Virus record (IMG/VR): IMGVR_UViG_3300015050_000902
Coordinates: 2,581 to 66,580 of that record
Direction: 5' to 3' (one strand)
Origin: a virus
Length of the DNA stretch: 64,000 nt
Shown: positions 56,515 to 64,000 of the stretch, piece after piece
Numbering within the stretch: the stretch's first letter is position 1
How the letters are laid out: the number at the start of each line of letters is the position of its first letter
The notes under the pieces: generated by a model
Told to the model about the DNA's origin: nothing
What the model saw: the letters and a program-made list of their open reading frames with translations, nothing else
The model's database searches: none
Position numbers and translations under genes: made by a program

Positions 56515-57171
56515 TTATCCGTCCGGGAGTAGCGCGCGACCGACAGCAGGTTGAGGAGGTAGACTTTGAGGCGCATTTGCCGTGACGGTAATTTTCTGGT
56601 CTGCGCCAAGGTCAATGTTAATAGAGAAGCGTTCGCCTGGAGCAGCCGCGCCGTCTTTTCGCTCACCAACGTCGGCGATTTTTGCAAAGAGCTTAGCAGC
56701 TTCGATGACGCCTGGGAGCCCTTCGCCCTTGTTCTGCATACGCGCGCCGAGACCGAGTAGACTGTCTTCGAGGATAGCGGCGGCCTCGACTTTAATTCTA
56801 TCTTGAGTTGATAGTGGGGCGTGCCACTCTTTGCAGGCGGCGGCGAACGTTTCGCGGAAGAAGTCGTTGTGGACCTTGAGGAACTCGAACTGCGCGTTGT
56901 CAAGTTTGAACTCCTTGAGGATGACCGCCTCTTCCTTGATGTCCATCGCCAGCTCGCGGGCCAGCTTCGCCAGCTCGGGCCATGTCAGCGCCGGCAGCTG
57001 GACGAGCGCCTTCGCCGCCTGAACGCCAGCAGGCGTCAACCCCCCAGGAGGGAGAGCTTCGGGTTCAGGCGGCGCTGGGTCCGGAATTACCGTGGCGGTA
57101 ACAGGCCCGTCGGGGTCATAGACCTCGCCGGCGAGCACGTCGCCAAAGCCTGTGTCGATGATCTCGGTCAA
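56515..57171 (-). CDS. terS: Putative terminase small subunit
   Basis: TTG start overlapping the upstream TGA; helical protein with C-terminal FSINIDLG strand, upstream of terL. Confidence 0.6.
   Translation of the reverse strand: MTEIIDTGFGDVLAGEVYDPDGPVTATVIPDPAPPEPEALPPGGLTPAGVQAAKALVQLPALTWPELAKLARELAMDIKEEAVILKEFKLDNAQFEFLKVHNDFFRETFAAACKEWHAPLSTQDRIKVEAAAILEDSLLGLGARMQNKGEGLPGVIEAAKLFAKIADVGERKDGAAAPGERFSINIDLGADQKITVTANAPQSLPPQPAVGRALLPDG
56577..56591. repeat. Palindrome variant (1 mismatch, in CDS)
   Basis: ttgccgtgacggtaa. Confidence 0.7.
57087..57101. repeat. TTACCGYNRCGGTAA palindrome (in CDS)
   Basis: ttaccgtggcggtaa. Confidence 0.9.
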
Positions 57172-57539
57172 TGGACTTTGTCCTTGCTGGTCGGACACTG
57201 CCGCAGCTGCTGCACGAGCGAGGCGACTTCCTGGGCCTGCTTCTGGACCAGCGCGGTGATCCCCTCGCGCGCCTTGTCGAACGCGTTCTGGTCGAGCACG
57301 CCGTTGATGTAGACCTGATTGATGTTGTTGAGCAGCCAGAGCTTGGCGCACTGCGCATAGAGCCCTACGCAGGCCGCGGCCGCGCCGGTGAACTGGTCGC
57401 GCACGACGCTGCGGTCGTAGACATCCGCGAGCGCCTGGACGGCGCCGGCCTGGGTCGCTTCGATGAACTCGGTGCTGCCGTCGGCGGGAGCGCTGAGCAG
57501 GCGCAGGATGAAGTCTTCGTCGAGCACGGGGTCAGACAT
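57168..57539 (-). CDS. Hypothetical protein
   Basis: 123-aa coupled ORF. Confidence 0.6.
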   Translation of the reverse strand: MSDPVLDEDFILRLLSAPADGSTEFIEATQAGAVQALADVYDRSVVRDQFTGAAAACVGLYAQCAKLWLLNNINQVYINGVLDQNAFDKAREGITALVQKQAQEVASLVQQLRQCPTSKDKVH

Positions 57540-58098
57540 TGGCGGGGTCCGCGCTGCTGGAGAGAAGCCCGATCGCGATGTCGCGGGAGCGGGCGGAGAT
57601 CAGATAGCCGAGCCCCCACATGGTCTCGATGTGAATGTCGTGGGGCTTGAGCTTCTTGCGCAGCTTGCAGATCATGACGTCGACCATCTTGACGTCGGTC
57701 TCGTCGCGCGCGGGATCGCCGGGCCGGTTCTGTTCGATGACGTGGTGGAGTTGTTGCTTGGTGACTTCGTTCCGCTTCAGCATCGCGGCGAGCATGACAG
57801 CTTCGAGCGGCGAGCATTTGAAGAAGCGGGCACAGGCGCATTTGAGGGCGTTGTCATCTTCGAGCGGTGAGCCGTTGAAGGGACTGCGCTGGTGTCGCGT
57901 TGTGCCGGGTGGCCAGTCGTCCTTCGGCAGTTCGAGGATGGTACCGGCCTGGACTGCTTCCTTGAAGAGTTCGTATAGGTCAGCTGAGGGGATGTGCAGC
58001 GATCGAGCGATGGCGCGTACTGGGATGCCTTCGTCAGCGAGGCGGACGGCGATGGCGGTGGGGGATGGGGCGGGCTCGACGGCTGCGATCGCGTTCAT
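57532..58098 (-). CDS. Transcription regulator: N-terminal HTH plus CtrA-like OmpR/PhoB winged helix, no receiver domain
   Basis: KMVDVMICKLRKKL...HIETMWGLGY resembles the CtrA DNA-binding segment (KIIDVFICKLRKKL...IETVWGRGY, from memory). Confidence 0.85.
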   Translation of the reverse strand: MNAIAAVEPAPSPTAIAVRLADEGIPVRAIARSLHIPSADLYELFKEAVQAGTILELPKDDWPPGTTRHQRSPFNGSPLEDDNALKCACARFFKCSPLEAVMLAAMLKRNEVTKQQLHHVIEQNRPGDPARDETDVKMVDVMICKLRKKLKPHDIHIETMWGLGYLISARSRDIAIGLLSSSADPANV

Positions 58099-58209
58099 GC
58101 TGGGCTCCGAATGCGTGGGGAGCCTGTGGCTTCAGCCCCCCGGTAACCACAGCGTCTTTGCTCGAACCTGTCGCGCGCAGCCATGCCGTCCGGGTAATAG
58201 GCACGAACC

Positions 58210-58224
58210 TTAACGCGATGTCAA
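58210..58224. promoter_or_regulatory. CtrA-like box (1 mismatch) upstream of the CtrA-like gene
   Basis: ttaacgcgatgtcaa. Confidence 0.45.
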
Positions 58225-58546
58225 CGGCTTCGCGCAGCGGCGCTTGGCGATCCGGATCAACCACTCGGGAGCACCGCGTGATCGCGCGCCCTCCTCGATC
58301 TGCGCGTCGCTATAGCCCTGGCCACGATAGTGGTTGACCAGTGGACACGCGTTCGTGAGGCTCCAGGTCAGGACGATCGCGAGCATCATTGATCAACACC
58401 TTGTGATGGGTAGGTGACGGCGCCGTCACGGAGACGTGAAGTAGGCCCGCCAGCACACCCCCAACGGTGTCGCTTGGTGCCGGAACGGCGAAGCGACGCG
58501 GCCGGCGGGCCCGCGAGAAATAAAGCACGCGCGCGTTAACGAGGAC

Positions 58547-58681
58547 TTACTGGTCCTTCCAGGGGCCGCGGCCGTGCCGACGCTTCTGCTGGTCGTAGTT
58601 GTCCCAGAGCAGCGCGAGCACGAGGATGATGGCGCCGGCGATCAGCTGGCCCGTGGCGTATTCGGTGACAAGGTTCCGCAT
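58547..58681 (-). CDS. 44-aa single-pass membrane protein
   Basis: MRNLVTEYATGQLIAGAIILVLALLW... Confidence 0.45.
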   Translation of the reverse strand: MRNLVTEYATGQLIAGAIILVLALLWDNYDQQKRRHGRGPWKDQ

Positions 58682-58872
58682 TGGGGTCCAGCCTCGATCT
58701 CAAGGTAGCGTGGTCACAAACTCTTGAACGAACAGTTTACGGCACGGGCGGTTGCCCCGGTGCCCCCCGAGGGCGACCCCCAACCGAAAGGAGCAGCGCC
58801 AAATGGCCCTACCTCCCGAGAATGAGCCATCAAGCCCAGACCCACCACGCTGAGGTCCGGCAGGGTGCTGTC

Positions 58873-59100
58873 CTAGGACAGCACCCACCGCAGCGCGCCA
58901 AGCAGGACGGCTCCCGCGGCATTGGCGCCCACGACGGTCACCACGACGGCAAGCACCCGGCAGCGGATCGGTTCGAGCTTCTTGTCGTCGACGAAGGTAT
59001 CGGCCAGCCCGAGCGCGGCGCCGGCGACCGCCACCAAGGCAGCGTTCGCGAGCGCGAAGTAGAAGGCGGCAATGGGGAACCAGTCAGGTTGGAAGCGCAT
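58873..59100 (-). CDS. Small membrane protein
   Basis: Two hydrophobic segments; AGGA RBS. Confidence 0.55.
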   Translation of the reverse strand: MRFQPDWFPIAAFYFALANAALVAVAGAALGLADTFVDDKKLEPIRCRVLAVVVTVVGANAAGAVLLGALRWVLS

Positions 59101-59103
59101 GGC

Positions 59104-59367
59104 CTATCCTTCCGCGATGTCTTTGAGGGTGGCGTCGGCGCAGTCGGCCGCGAGCCAAGCGCAGTTCCAGGCCATCGTCGTGTTGTCCTTCTTCGACACC
59201 GGCGCCGCCGGCTTCGGTCTGTAAAGGTCGATGTCCTTGCGCAGGGTGGTGAAGGTCTTGTTGAAGGTGCCGCGGGCGACGATCGACCATTTGCGCCATT
59301 GCCTGGGAGGGACCCGGTACATGTTGCGGGTGAACGGAAAATCTTTTGCATCGCTTTCGACGGACAT
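59104..59367 (-). CDS. Hypothetical protein
   Basis: 87 aa; GGAG upstream. Confidence 0.6.
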   Translation of the reverse strand: MSVESDAKDFPFTRNMYRVPPRQWRKWSIVARGTFNKTFTTLRKDIDLYRPKPAAPVSKKDNTTMAWNCAWLAADCADATLKDIAEG

Positions 59368-59394
59368 CCTGAGTGCTCCAGGGTGGGAGAGAAA

Positions 59395-59409
59395 TTACCG
59401 TGGCGGTAA
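59395..59409. repeat. TTACCGYNRCGGTAA palindrome (intergenic)
   Basis: ttaccgtggcggtaa. Confidence 0.9.
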
Positions 59410-59608
59410 ATCATGATCGCACTATGCGACCGTGAGGGGAATTTGGCCTTCCCACCTTAACAAAAGGTAAATATACCTTTTTACCCCCTATATATTCCGG
59501 GCTGCGGTCTCGCGAAGCGAGACAAGGGGGCCCGGTCCAAGCACCCCGGGGGATGCAAGGAACGGGCGGGAGAAGGTGCCCTTGCCGCGTCGGGCAAGGG
59601 CGATCTCG

Positions 59609-59782
59609 TTAGATGGTGGCGTTCAGGCTCACCTTGACGTCACCGAAACCGGTGAAGCCTGACGTGGTGGCAAGCACTTTCGTCTTGCCCGACTTGGAGG
59701 GCTGCGCCTGCTCCTTGGCCTTCGCGCTGATGTCGATGGTCAGAACCAGCGTATCGCCCTTGATCTCGCCTTTGACGTTCAT
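59609..59782 (-). CDS. 57-aa beta-rich basic protein, possibly nucleic-acid binding (below ORF-track cutoff)
   Basis: MNVKGEIKGDTLVLTID...PSKSGKTKVLATT.G; GAGGAG RBS; followed by a GC hairpin at 59578-59601. Confidence 0.7.
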   Translation of the reverse strand: MNVKGEIKGDTLVLTIDISAKAKEQAQPSKSGKTKVLATTSGFTGFGDVKVSLNATI

Positions 59783-59959
59783 GGTACACTCCTCAGTGTG
59801 GCGTCGAACCGGGATGGTCGACTGCCCTCGCCGCGTCGGGCAAACGGCGCCGATCGGCCCCTTCGGGGCAACGCGCGTTCTTCACATCCGGGCGCGCGAG
59901 GGGCTCGCAAGGTGCAAGGGTGGGCCTGCCCAGGCAGGAGAGTTCGCTCCTAATCCCGT

Positions 59960-60560
59960 TTGAAGGTATCAAGGTAGTACCTTGCTATGCGTGGTTCGCA
60001 TGGCTATGTGGTAATTAGGTAGCGACGTTTACCCTTTGTTTAATACCCAAGGCTACTGGCGCCGGACCAATTGCGTGCCAGTTAACTGGTCAATTCTTGG
60101 ACCGATTTAACCTTTTGATCTTGCAAGAGAATTGGGTTAATTGGTCAATTGGCACGCTTTTTCACGGGGTGTGGTGGACTATGAGACGTCATTCTAATAA
60201 ACCCTTAACGCGGGGAGCGCATGGGTCGTTCGGCAGGCTAATTGGCCTATTGGCAAGAAAACAAGGTAAACACTATAGATTTAAAATTTGCGTCGAAAAA
60301 ACATAGACATAAATTGACCAAACCAGCGTTTACCCTTTTTAAAGATGACGTCCACGTTAAGGGTTTGTTTAAATGACGTTTCATGTGGGGTACCCCGAAA
60401 AAGGCGTGCCAATTGGACCAATTAGACCAATTACATTTTTGCAACACCTGTCGAGCGGCCTCCAGCCACAGCAATTCTGCCGGCCCTCAAGCCGTTCATC
60501 TTGTATACCACAAATCGTGGACCAATTAGATTGAGCGTGCCAATTACACGAACGCAGCGT
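59960..60560. promoter_or_regulatory. AT-rich divergent control region, candidate origin or genome end
   Basis: Most AT-rich long stretch; imperfect inverted repeat 60131-60212 / 60353-60432; CCAATT iterations; CtrA-like boxes at 60029, 60194, 60357. Confidence 0.65.
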
Positions 60561-60826
60561 GAACGATCACGGCGACGTTATCAGCGAGGCGCTGCCTTCG
60601 CAGCGCCGGAACTCCGTGTGTCTGCCACCAGATCGTATCCGGTCCAGGCCGGCAGGACTGCCTCCTAAGCGCAGGCTTTGCCGATGTTGGCTGCCGATGT
60701 TCCCACCACCCGCGGGCGATGGCTCTGCGCGCGCGAGGGCCGCCCGACGCGGCGATTGCGGGCCGCGCCCCGTTCCACTACAGGACGGCGTGTTTGAGCC
60801 CGATCAGGTTGCTGAGGAGCACCACA

Positions 60827-61066
60827 ATGACGTCATTCACCAGAGCACTCTACCGCCGCGATCCAGCTGCAGCTGAGGCGTTCCATCGTCAACGCACGTT
60901 CGAGCAGCAGTCTGCACACGGCAGGCCCGGCACGCTGAGCAAGACTGTCGGCTTCGGCAGGCGAACGCCCACCGGCGTCGTGGGCTGCGCCACGCTGTGC
61001 GACCACCCGGGCTGTGCGCAGGGCTGCACCCTCGCTGGCCGTCGTGAAGCGTTCCTCTGGGAGTGA
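60827..61066 (+). CDS. Small Cys-containing early protein
   Basis: CTGAGGAG RBS; C...C.HPGC...C. Confidence 0.55.
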   Translation: MTSFTRALYRRDPAAAEAFHRQRTFEQQSAHGRPGTLSKTVGFGRRTPTGVVGCATLCDHPGCAQGCTLAGRREAFLWE

Positions 61067-61350
61067 GCACGATGCGCACCGGGTTCCAACAGGTTACCGC
61101 CACGGTAACACCAGCCAAACGACCCAAATGGTCGTTCAATGTGCTGGCGGTCGTGCGCAGCCTCGAAGGTACCAAGGTGGAGGTGTTCGATGACTACACC
61201 TTCGCCCAGCGCTGGACACAAGCGTTCGGCGGCGGCACTGTCTGGCCGCGGGACGTTGTGGCCGACTACACCTCGACCAGCGTGACGCTGAAGAGCGGCA
61301 TCGAGATGGTCGAGCCCACGATCGAGCCCTACCAGCTCGAACTGATCTGA
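61063..61350 (+). CDS. Early protein ending in QLELI
   Basis: GTGA overlap; 95 aa. Confidence 0.6.
   Translation: MSTMRTGFQQVTATVTPAKRPKWSFNVLAVVRSLEGTKVEVFDDYTFAQRWTQAFGGGTVWPRDVVADYTSTSVTLKSGIEMVEPTIEPYQLELI
61094..61108. repeat. TTACCGYNRCGGTAA palindrome (in CDS)
   Basis: gttaccgccacggtaac. Confidence 0.9.
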
Positions 61351-61376
61351 ACCCCCAACCACTGAGGAGTGAGACC

Positions 61377-61928
61377 ATGAACGTTGAGAGACTGAGGCAG
61401 CTGGCCAACCTGTTGCGGGCCGATGCTATCAACCCTACCGGCGTCAAGTTTGATCTGGGCGTCTGGGCGTCGCCATGTGCGAGCATCGCTCAGGGCTTCG
61501 AGTTCGACGACACCGTGGACCTGTCGAACTGGCGCGAGATGAAGGGGCCCGAGACGAAGAAGATCGAGATGTCGTGCAACACGTTTGCATGTGCACTCGG
61601 GCTGGCTGCGCTCGACCCTGAGTTCCAGAAGCAGGGCCTGAGCTACACCTTCCTGCCGACCCATCGTGACAACCACCAGGGCACGATGATGCCGATCTAC
61701 GCCGGCCAGACCGGCTGGGACGGCGGTGCGCTGTTCTTCGACATCAGCACCGCGGATGCCCGCTACTTCTTCGACCCGGAGTGCTACGACGGCACACCGC
61801 GCCATGCCGAGGGCGAGCTGTTCGTTGCCGAGCGCATCGAGAACTTCATCGAAGGCAAGATCGACCGTGAGCTGCACCCCGCGTTCTACGACGACGACGA
61901 CGGCGACGACGACTACGACAACGACTGA
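61377..61928 (+). CDS. Early hypothetical protein with acidic tail
   Basis: GAGGAG RBS; MNVERL..LA..L, FDL..W, C.T.ACALG.A motif common in phage early proteins. Confidence 0.75.
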   Translation: MNVERLRQLANLLRADAINPTGVKFDLGVWASPCASIAQGFEFDDTVDLSNWREMKGPETKKIEMSCNTFACALGLAALDPEFQKQGLSYTFLPTHRDNHQGTMMPIYAGQTGWDGGALFFDISTADARYFFDPECYDGTPRHAEGELFVAERIENFIEGKIDRELHPAFYDDDDGDDDYDND

Positions 61929-61929
61929 G

Positions 61930-62000
61930 CTGATGTTTCGGCCTGTCCCCCCGCAAGGCGGGACAGTGCGAAGCAACACCGCTTCAGCGATCTGAGGAGA
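61930..62000 (+). promoter_or_regulatory. Structured intergenic RNA element, copy C
   Basis: CTGATGTTTCGGCCTGTCC-CCGCAAGG-GGACAG-CGAAGC..GCTTCAGCGATCTGAGGAG; stem covaries with copy A. Confidence 0.7.
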
Positions 62001-62007
62001 TCACAAC

Positions 62008-62289
62008 ATGAACTATCCCTTCAAGGCTAAGTTCACTGCCACACCGCAGCACGATGCGGAAGGCTTCACCGTGCAGGATGCGAAGTGCGTGGGTTGCGCA
62101 CCTGCTGACATGTGCCCCCGAAGCGGGCACTGCGAGCGCTACATGTCCCCGATCAGGGAGACGCACGGCATCCCGGCCTATATGGTCACTGCGATGCGCG
62201 AGCATGGCGCTGCCAAGCTCAACCCCGAGGGCTGGCGCGAAGTGGACGGCGTCAAGCTGCCTGACATCGCATGGGGAGAGCCCTCGTGA
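62008..62289 (+). CDS. Early hypothetical protein (Cys cluster)
   Basis: RBS; C.GC....CP...HC.RY. Confidence 0.65.
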   Translation: MNYPFKAKFTATPQHDAEGFTVQDAKCVGCAPADMCPRSGHCERYMSPIRETHGIPAYMVTAMREHGAAKLNPEGWREVDGVKLPDIAWGEPS

Positions 62290-62489
62290 GGGAAGCTCGA
62301 ACCAAGGTCTGCAGCGTGGTGGTGCGCAACCCCAACGGCAAGAAGGGCCGTGTCAAGGTGACAGCGCAGTACTTCCGCATCACCGAGGGGGCGCTTGTGT
62401 TCCGCAACTACATCCCCGACAACTATCCCGAAACAGTCCGCGTGTTCGCACCGGGCTACTGGTTGGAGGTTGTGCCCCATGCCTCGTAG
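62286..62489 (+). CDS. Early hypothetical protein
   Basis: GTGA overlap; G.LVF...VFAPG.W..V. Confidence 0.6.
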   Translation: MREARTKVCSVVVRNPNGKKGRVKVTAQYFRITEGALVFRNYIPDNYPETVRVFAPGYWLEVVPHAS

Positions 62490-62596
62490 CATGCAATTCA
62501 TGATGGCCTCGCTCGGCACGATGGTTGGCGTGCTGGCGCTCTGCGGCACGGTGCTCGCCGTCGTTGGCACCTATCGAGAACTCACGGGAGGCTGCA

Positions 62597-62983
62597 TTGG
62601 CTGACACAGAGAAGCTCAAGGCTCGCTACGGCGAGAGTGAGCACGGCAACTTCGCCGTGATCGACACGATCGGCGTGCCTCACCCCTACATGATCGGGCC
62701 GAAGCACGTGGAGTATGCGAGCGACTTTGGTGGTGGCGTGCTCAATGAGCGCACCATCACCGCTGCCGAGCGCATCGGTGCGAAGTGCTGCCAGCGCGGC
62801 TGTCAGCTGAAGTGGAAGGACCACGAGCACGCCTTGCTGGTCTCGTGCAAAGCGCCTATGATCGACAACGGCAAGGGCTCACCCGAGCTGCATGCCTACT
62901 TGCTCAAGGTGAAGCATCTGTGCGAAGAGGACAAGTACGTCGGCTTCGCATTCATGGAGCACCAACTGAAGGCAACCAACTGA
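62597..62983 (+). CDS. Early hypothetical protein
   Basis: GGAGG RBS before TTG; H...C....C...H residues. Confidence 0.6.
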   Translation: MADTEKLKARYGESEHGNFAVIDTIGVPHPYMIGPKHVEYASDFGGGVLNERTITAAERIGAKCCQRGCQLKWKDHEHALLVSCKAPMIDNGKGSPELHAYLLKVKHLCEEDKYVGFAFMEHQLKATN

Positions 62984-63096
62984 TGTCTGAGCTGCCCCCC
63001 TTCACCACCGCCGAGCACGCACTTGTGCTCGGCGCACCCTGCATCCTCATCATGGCGGCAGCTGTGCTGCTGCTCTATGTGTTCTGGGGTACCTGA
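62983..63096 (+). CDS. 37-aa membrane peptide
   Basis: TGATG coupling on both sides; one TM. Confidence 0.5.
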   Translation: MSELPPFTTAEHALVLGAPCILIMAAAVLLLYVFWGT

Positions 63097-63362
63097 TGCC
63101 ATTCTTCGCCCACAGCTTCGCAGCGCGCCGTGAACGGGACTACGCTGTCCTGTTCAAGGGCGAGCGCGACATCGCAATGGCGGTGCTGGCTGGCTTCACC
63201 ATCGTCGAAGAGACGACGAAGCTCGGTGCAATACCGACCGGGTTCGTCACGCTATACAGCCCAAGCGGCGAGGACCTGGGCACGAACAGTACACGTGAGG
63301 CTGCCGCGTCCTATGCAGTATCGCTTATGGAGCTTCGCTCTCCGCCATGGTGGGCGCGATGA
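63096..63362 (+). CDS. Early protein, paralog family B
   Basis: IAMAVLAGF...SPSG..LG..STR.AAA. Confidence 0.6.
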   Translation: MPFFAHSFAARRERDYAVLFKGERDIAMAVLAGFTIVEETTKLGAIPTGFVTLYSPSGEDLGTNSTREAAASYAVSLMELRSPPWWAR

Positions 63363-63568
63363 GCACACAGGAAGAGATCACGATCGCGAAGATGGTGCTG
63401 GCTGGATGGCGCTTCGAGCCCATCAGCATCAACGTCGGCACTGGCGCTCGCAACTATCGCGTTGTCAGCCCTAACGGGCGCAGCATTGGGATGCGCAGCA
63501 CGCGCTACACTGCAGCGCTGATGGCGGAGAGATACATGGAGGAGTACTGCGTTGGGCCATCTGCCTAA
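63359..63568 (+). CDS. Early protein, paralog family B
   Basis: IAKMVLAGW...SPNG..IG..STR..AA. Confidence 0.6.
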   Translation: MSTQEEITIAKMVLAGWRFEPISINVGTGARNYRVVSPNGRSIGMRSTRYTAALMAERYMEEYCVGPSA

Positions 63569-63989
63569 GCACATCAAGGTAAAACGCTTCCAGCGAACGA
63601 TGCGCCTCATTGCGATGGCTGCACTCGCGGGCTGCGTCTACGAGGAGCGGATCACGCGAGCATGGCGCTTGCGCCATGACACATCAAAGGACCCGCGGGA
63701 CTGGGGCATCATCTATCCCGACGGGAAGGAGAGCGCATCGTATCACAGCAAGACTGCATGCGCGAGGCGTTACCTGAAGTGGTTCCTAGGTCGGCACGAT
63801 GCGCTGTCCGAGCTGGAGAGGCTGGCAGATCGAGTTAGCCCCACCGGGCGCTTGGCTGGGCACTCCGCCGGCGGTCGCTTCAATGCCACGCTCTGGAGCA
63901 GGAAGCTGGGCAAGACCATCGCAGCTGACTACCAGCAGATCGAGCTGCGCGTGCTGGCACAAATGGAGGAGTACAATCATGTCGGTTGA
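63552..63989 (+). CDS. Early protein, paralog family B with PolA-motif-like C-terminal extension
   Basis: IAMAALAGC...YPDG; tail TGRL...ADYQQIELRVLA. Confidence 0.6.
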   Translation: MGHLPKHIKVKRFQRTMRLIAMAALAGCVYEERITRAWRLRHDTSKDPRDWGIIYPDGKESASYHSKTACARRYLKWFLGRHDALSELERLADRVSPTGRLAGHSAGGRFNATLWSRKLGKTIAADYQQIELRVLAQMEEYNHVG

Positions 63990-64000
63990 TCGAGCGAAGC

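Overview
The window is almost all of a GC-rich (roughly two-thirds GC by eye), podovirus-like dsDNA bacteriophage genome. It appears circularly permuted, with both edges falling in the early-gene region. The + strand arm (about 60.8 kb, wrapping through the window edge to 20.9 kb) holds small early genes, Nmad5, a MoxR-like AAA/VWA-metallopeptidase pair, family A DNA polymerase, nucleotide-pool enzymes, Cas4-like, DEDD and VRR-NUC nucleases, an SNF2 helicase, an SSB-like protein and a primase-helicase. The - strand arm (59.8 kb to 20.9 kb) holds a CtrA-like regulator, terminases, portal, scaffold, major capsid, adaptors, collagen-like fibres, lysis genes, a tail nozzle and large ejection proteins. 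No integrase, RNA polymerase, tRNA or CRISPR array was seen. An alphaproteobacterial host is inferred from CtrA boxes, the CtrA-like protein and apparent GANTC avoidance. Top observations: (1) about 21 copies of a 15-bp palindrome, TTACCGYNRCGGTAA, spread across the genome and mostly inside coding sequence; (2) a putative virion glycosylation cassette (GT2-TPR-propeller, HtrL-like GT, sugar O-methyltransferase) beside Thr-rich collagen-like fibres in the head module; (3) a receiver-less CtrA-like protein plus TTAA-N7-TTAA boxes before late genes; (4) a three-copy structured RNA element that may couple translation of early genes; (5) orphan PolA and terminase motifs and shared short linear motifs in small or disordered proteins. 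All family calls are from motif recognition by eye, not database searches.
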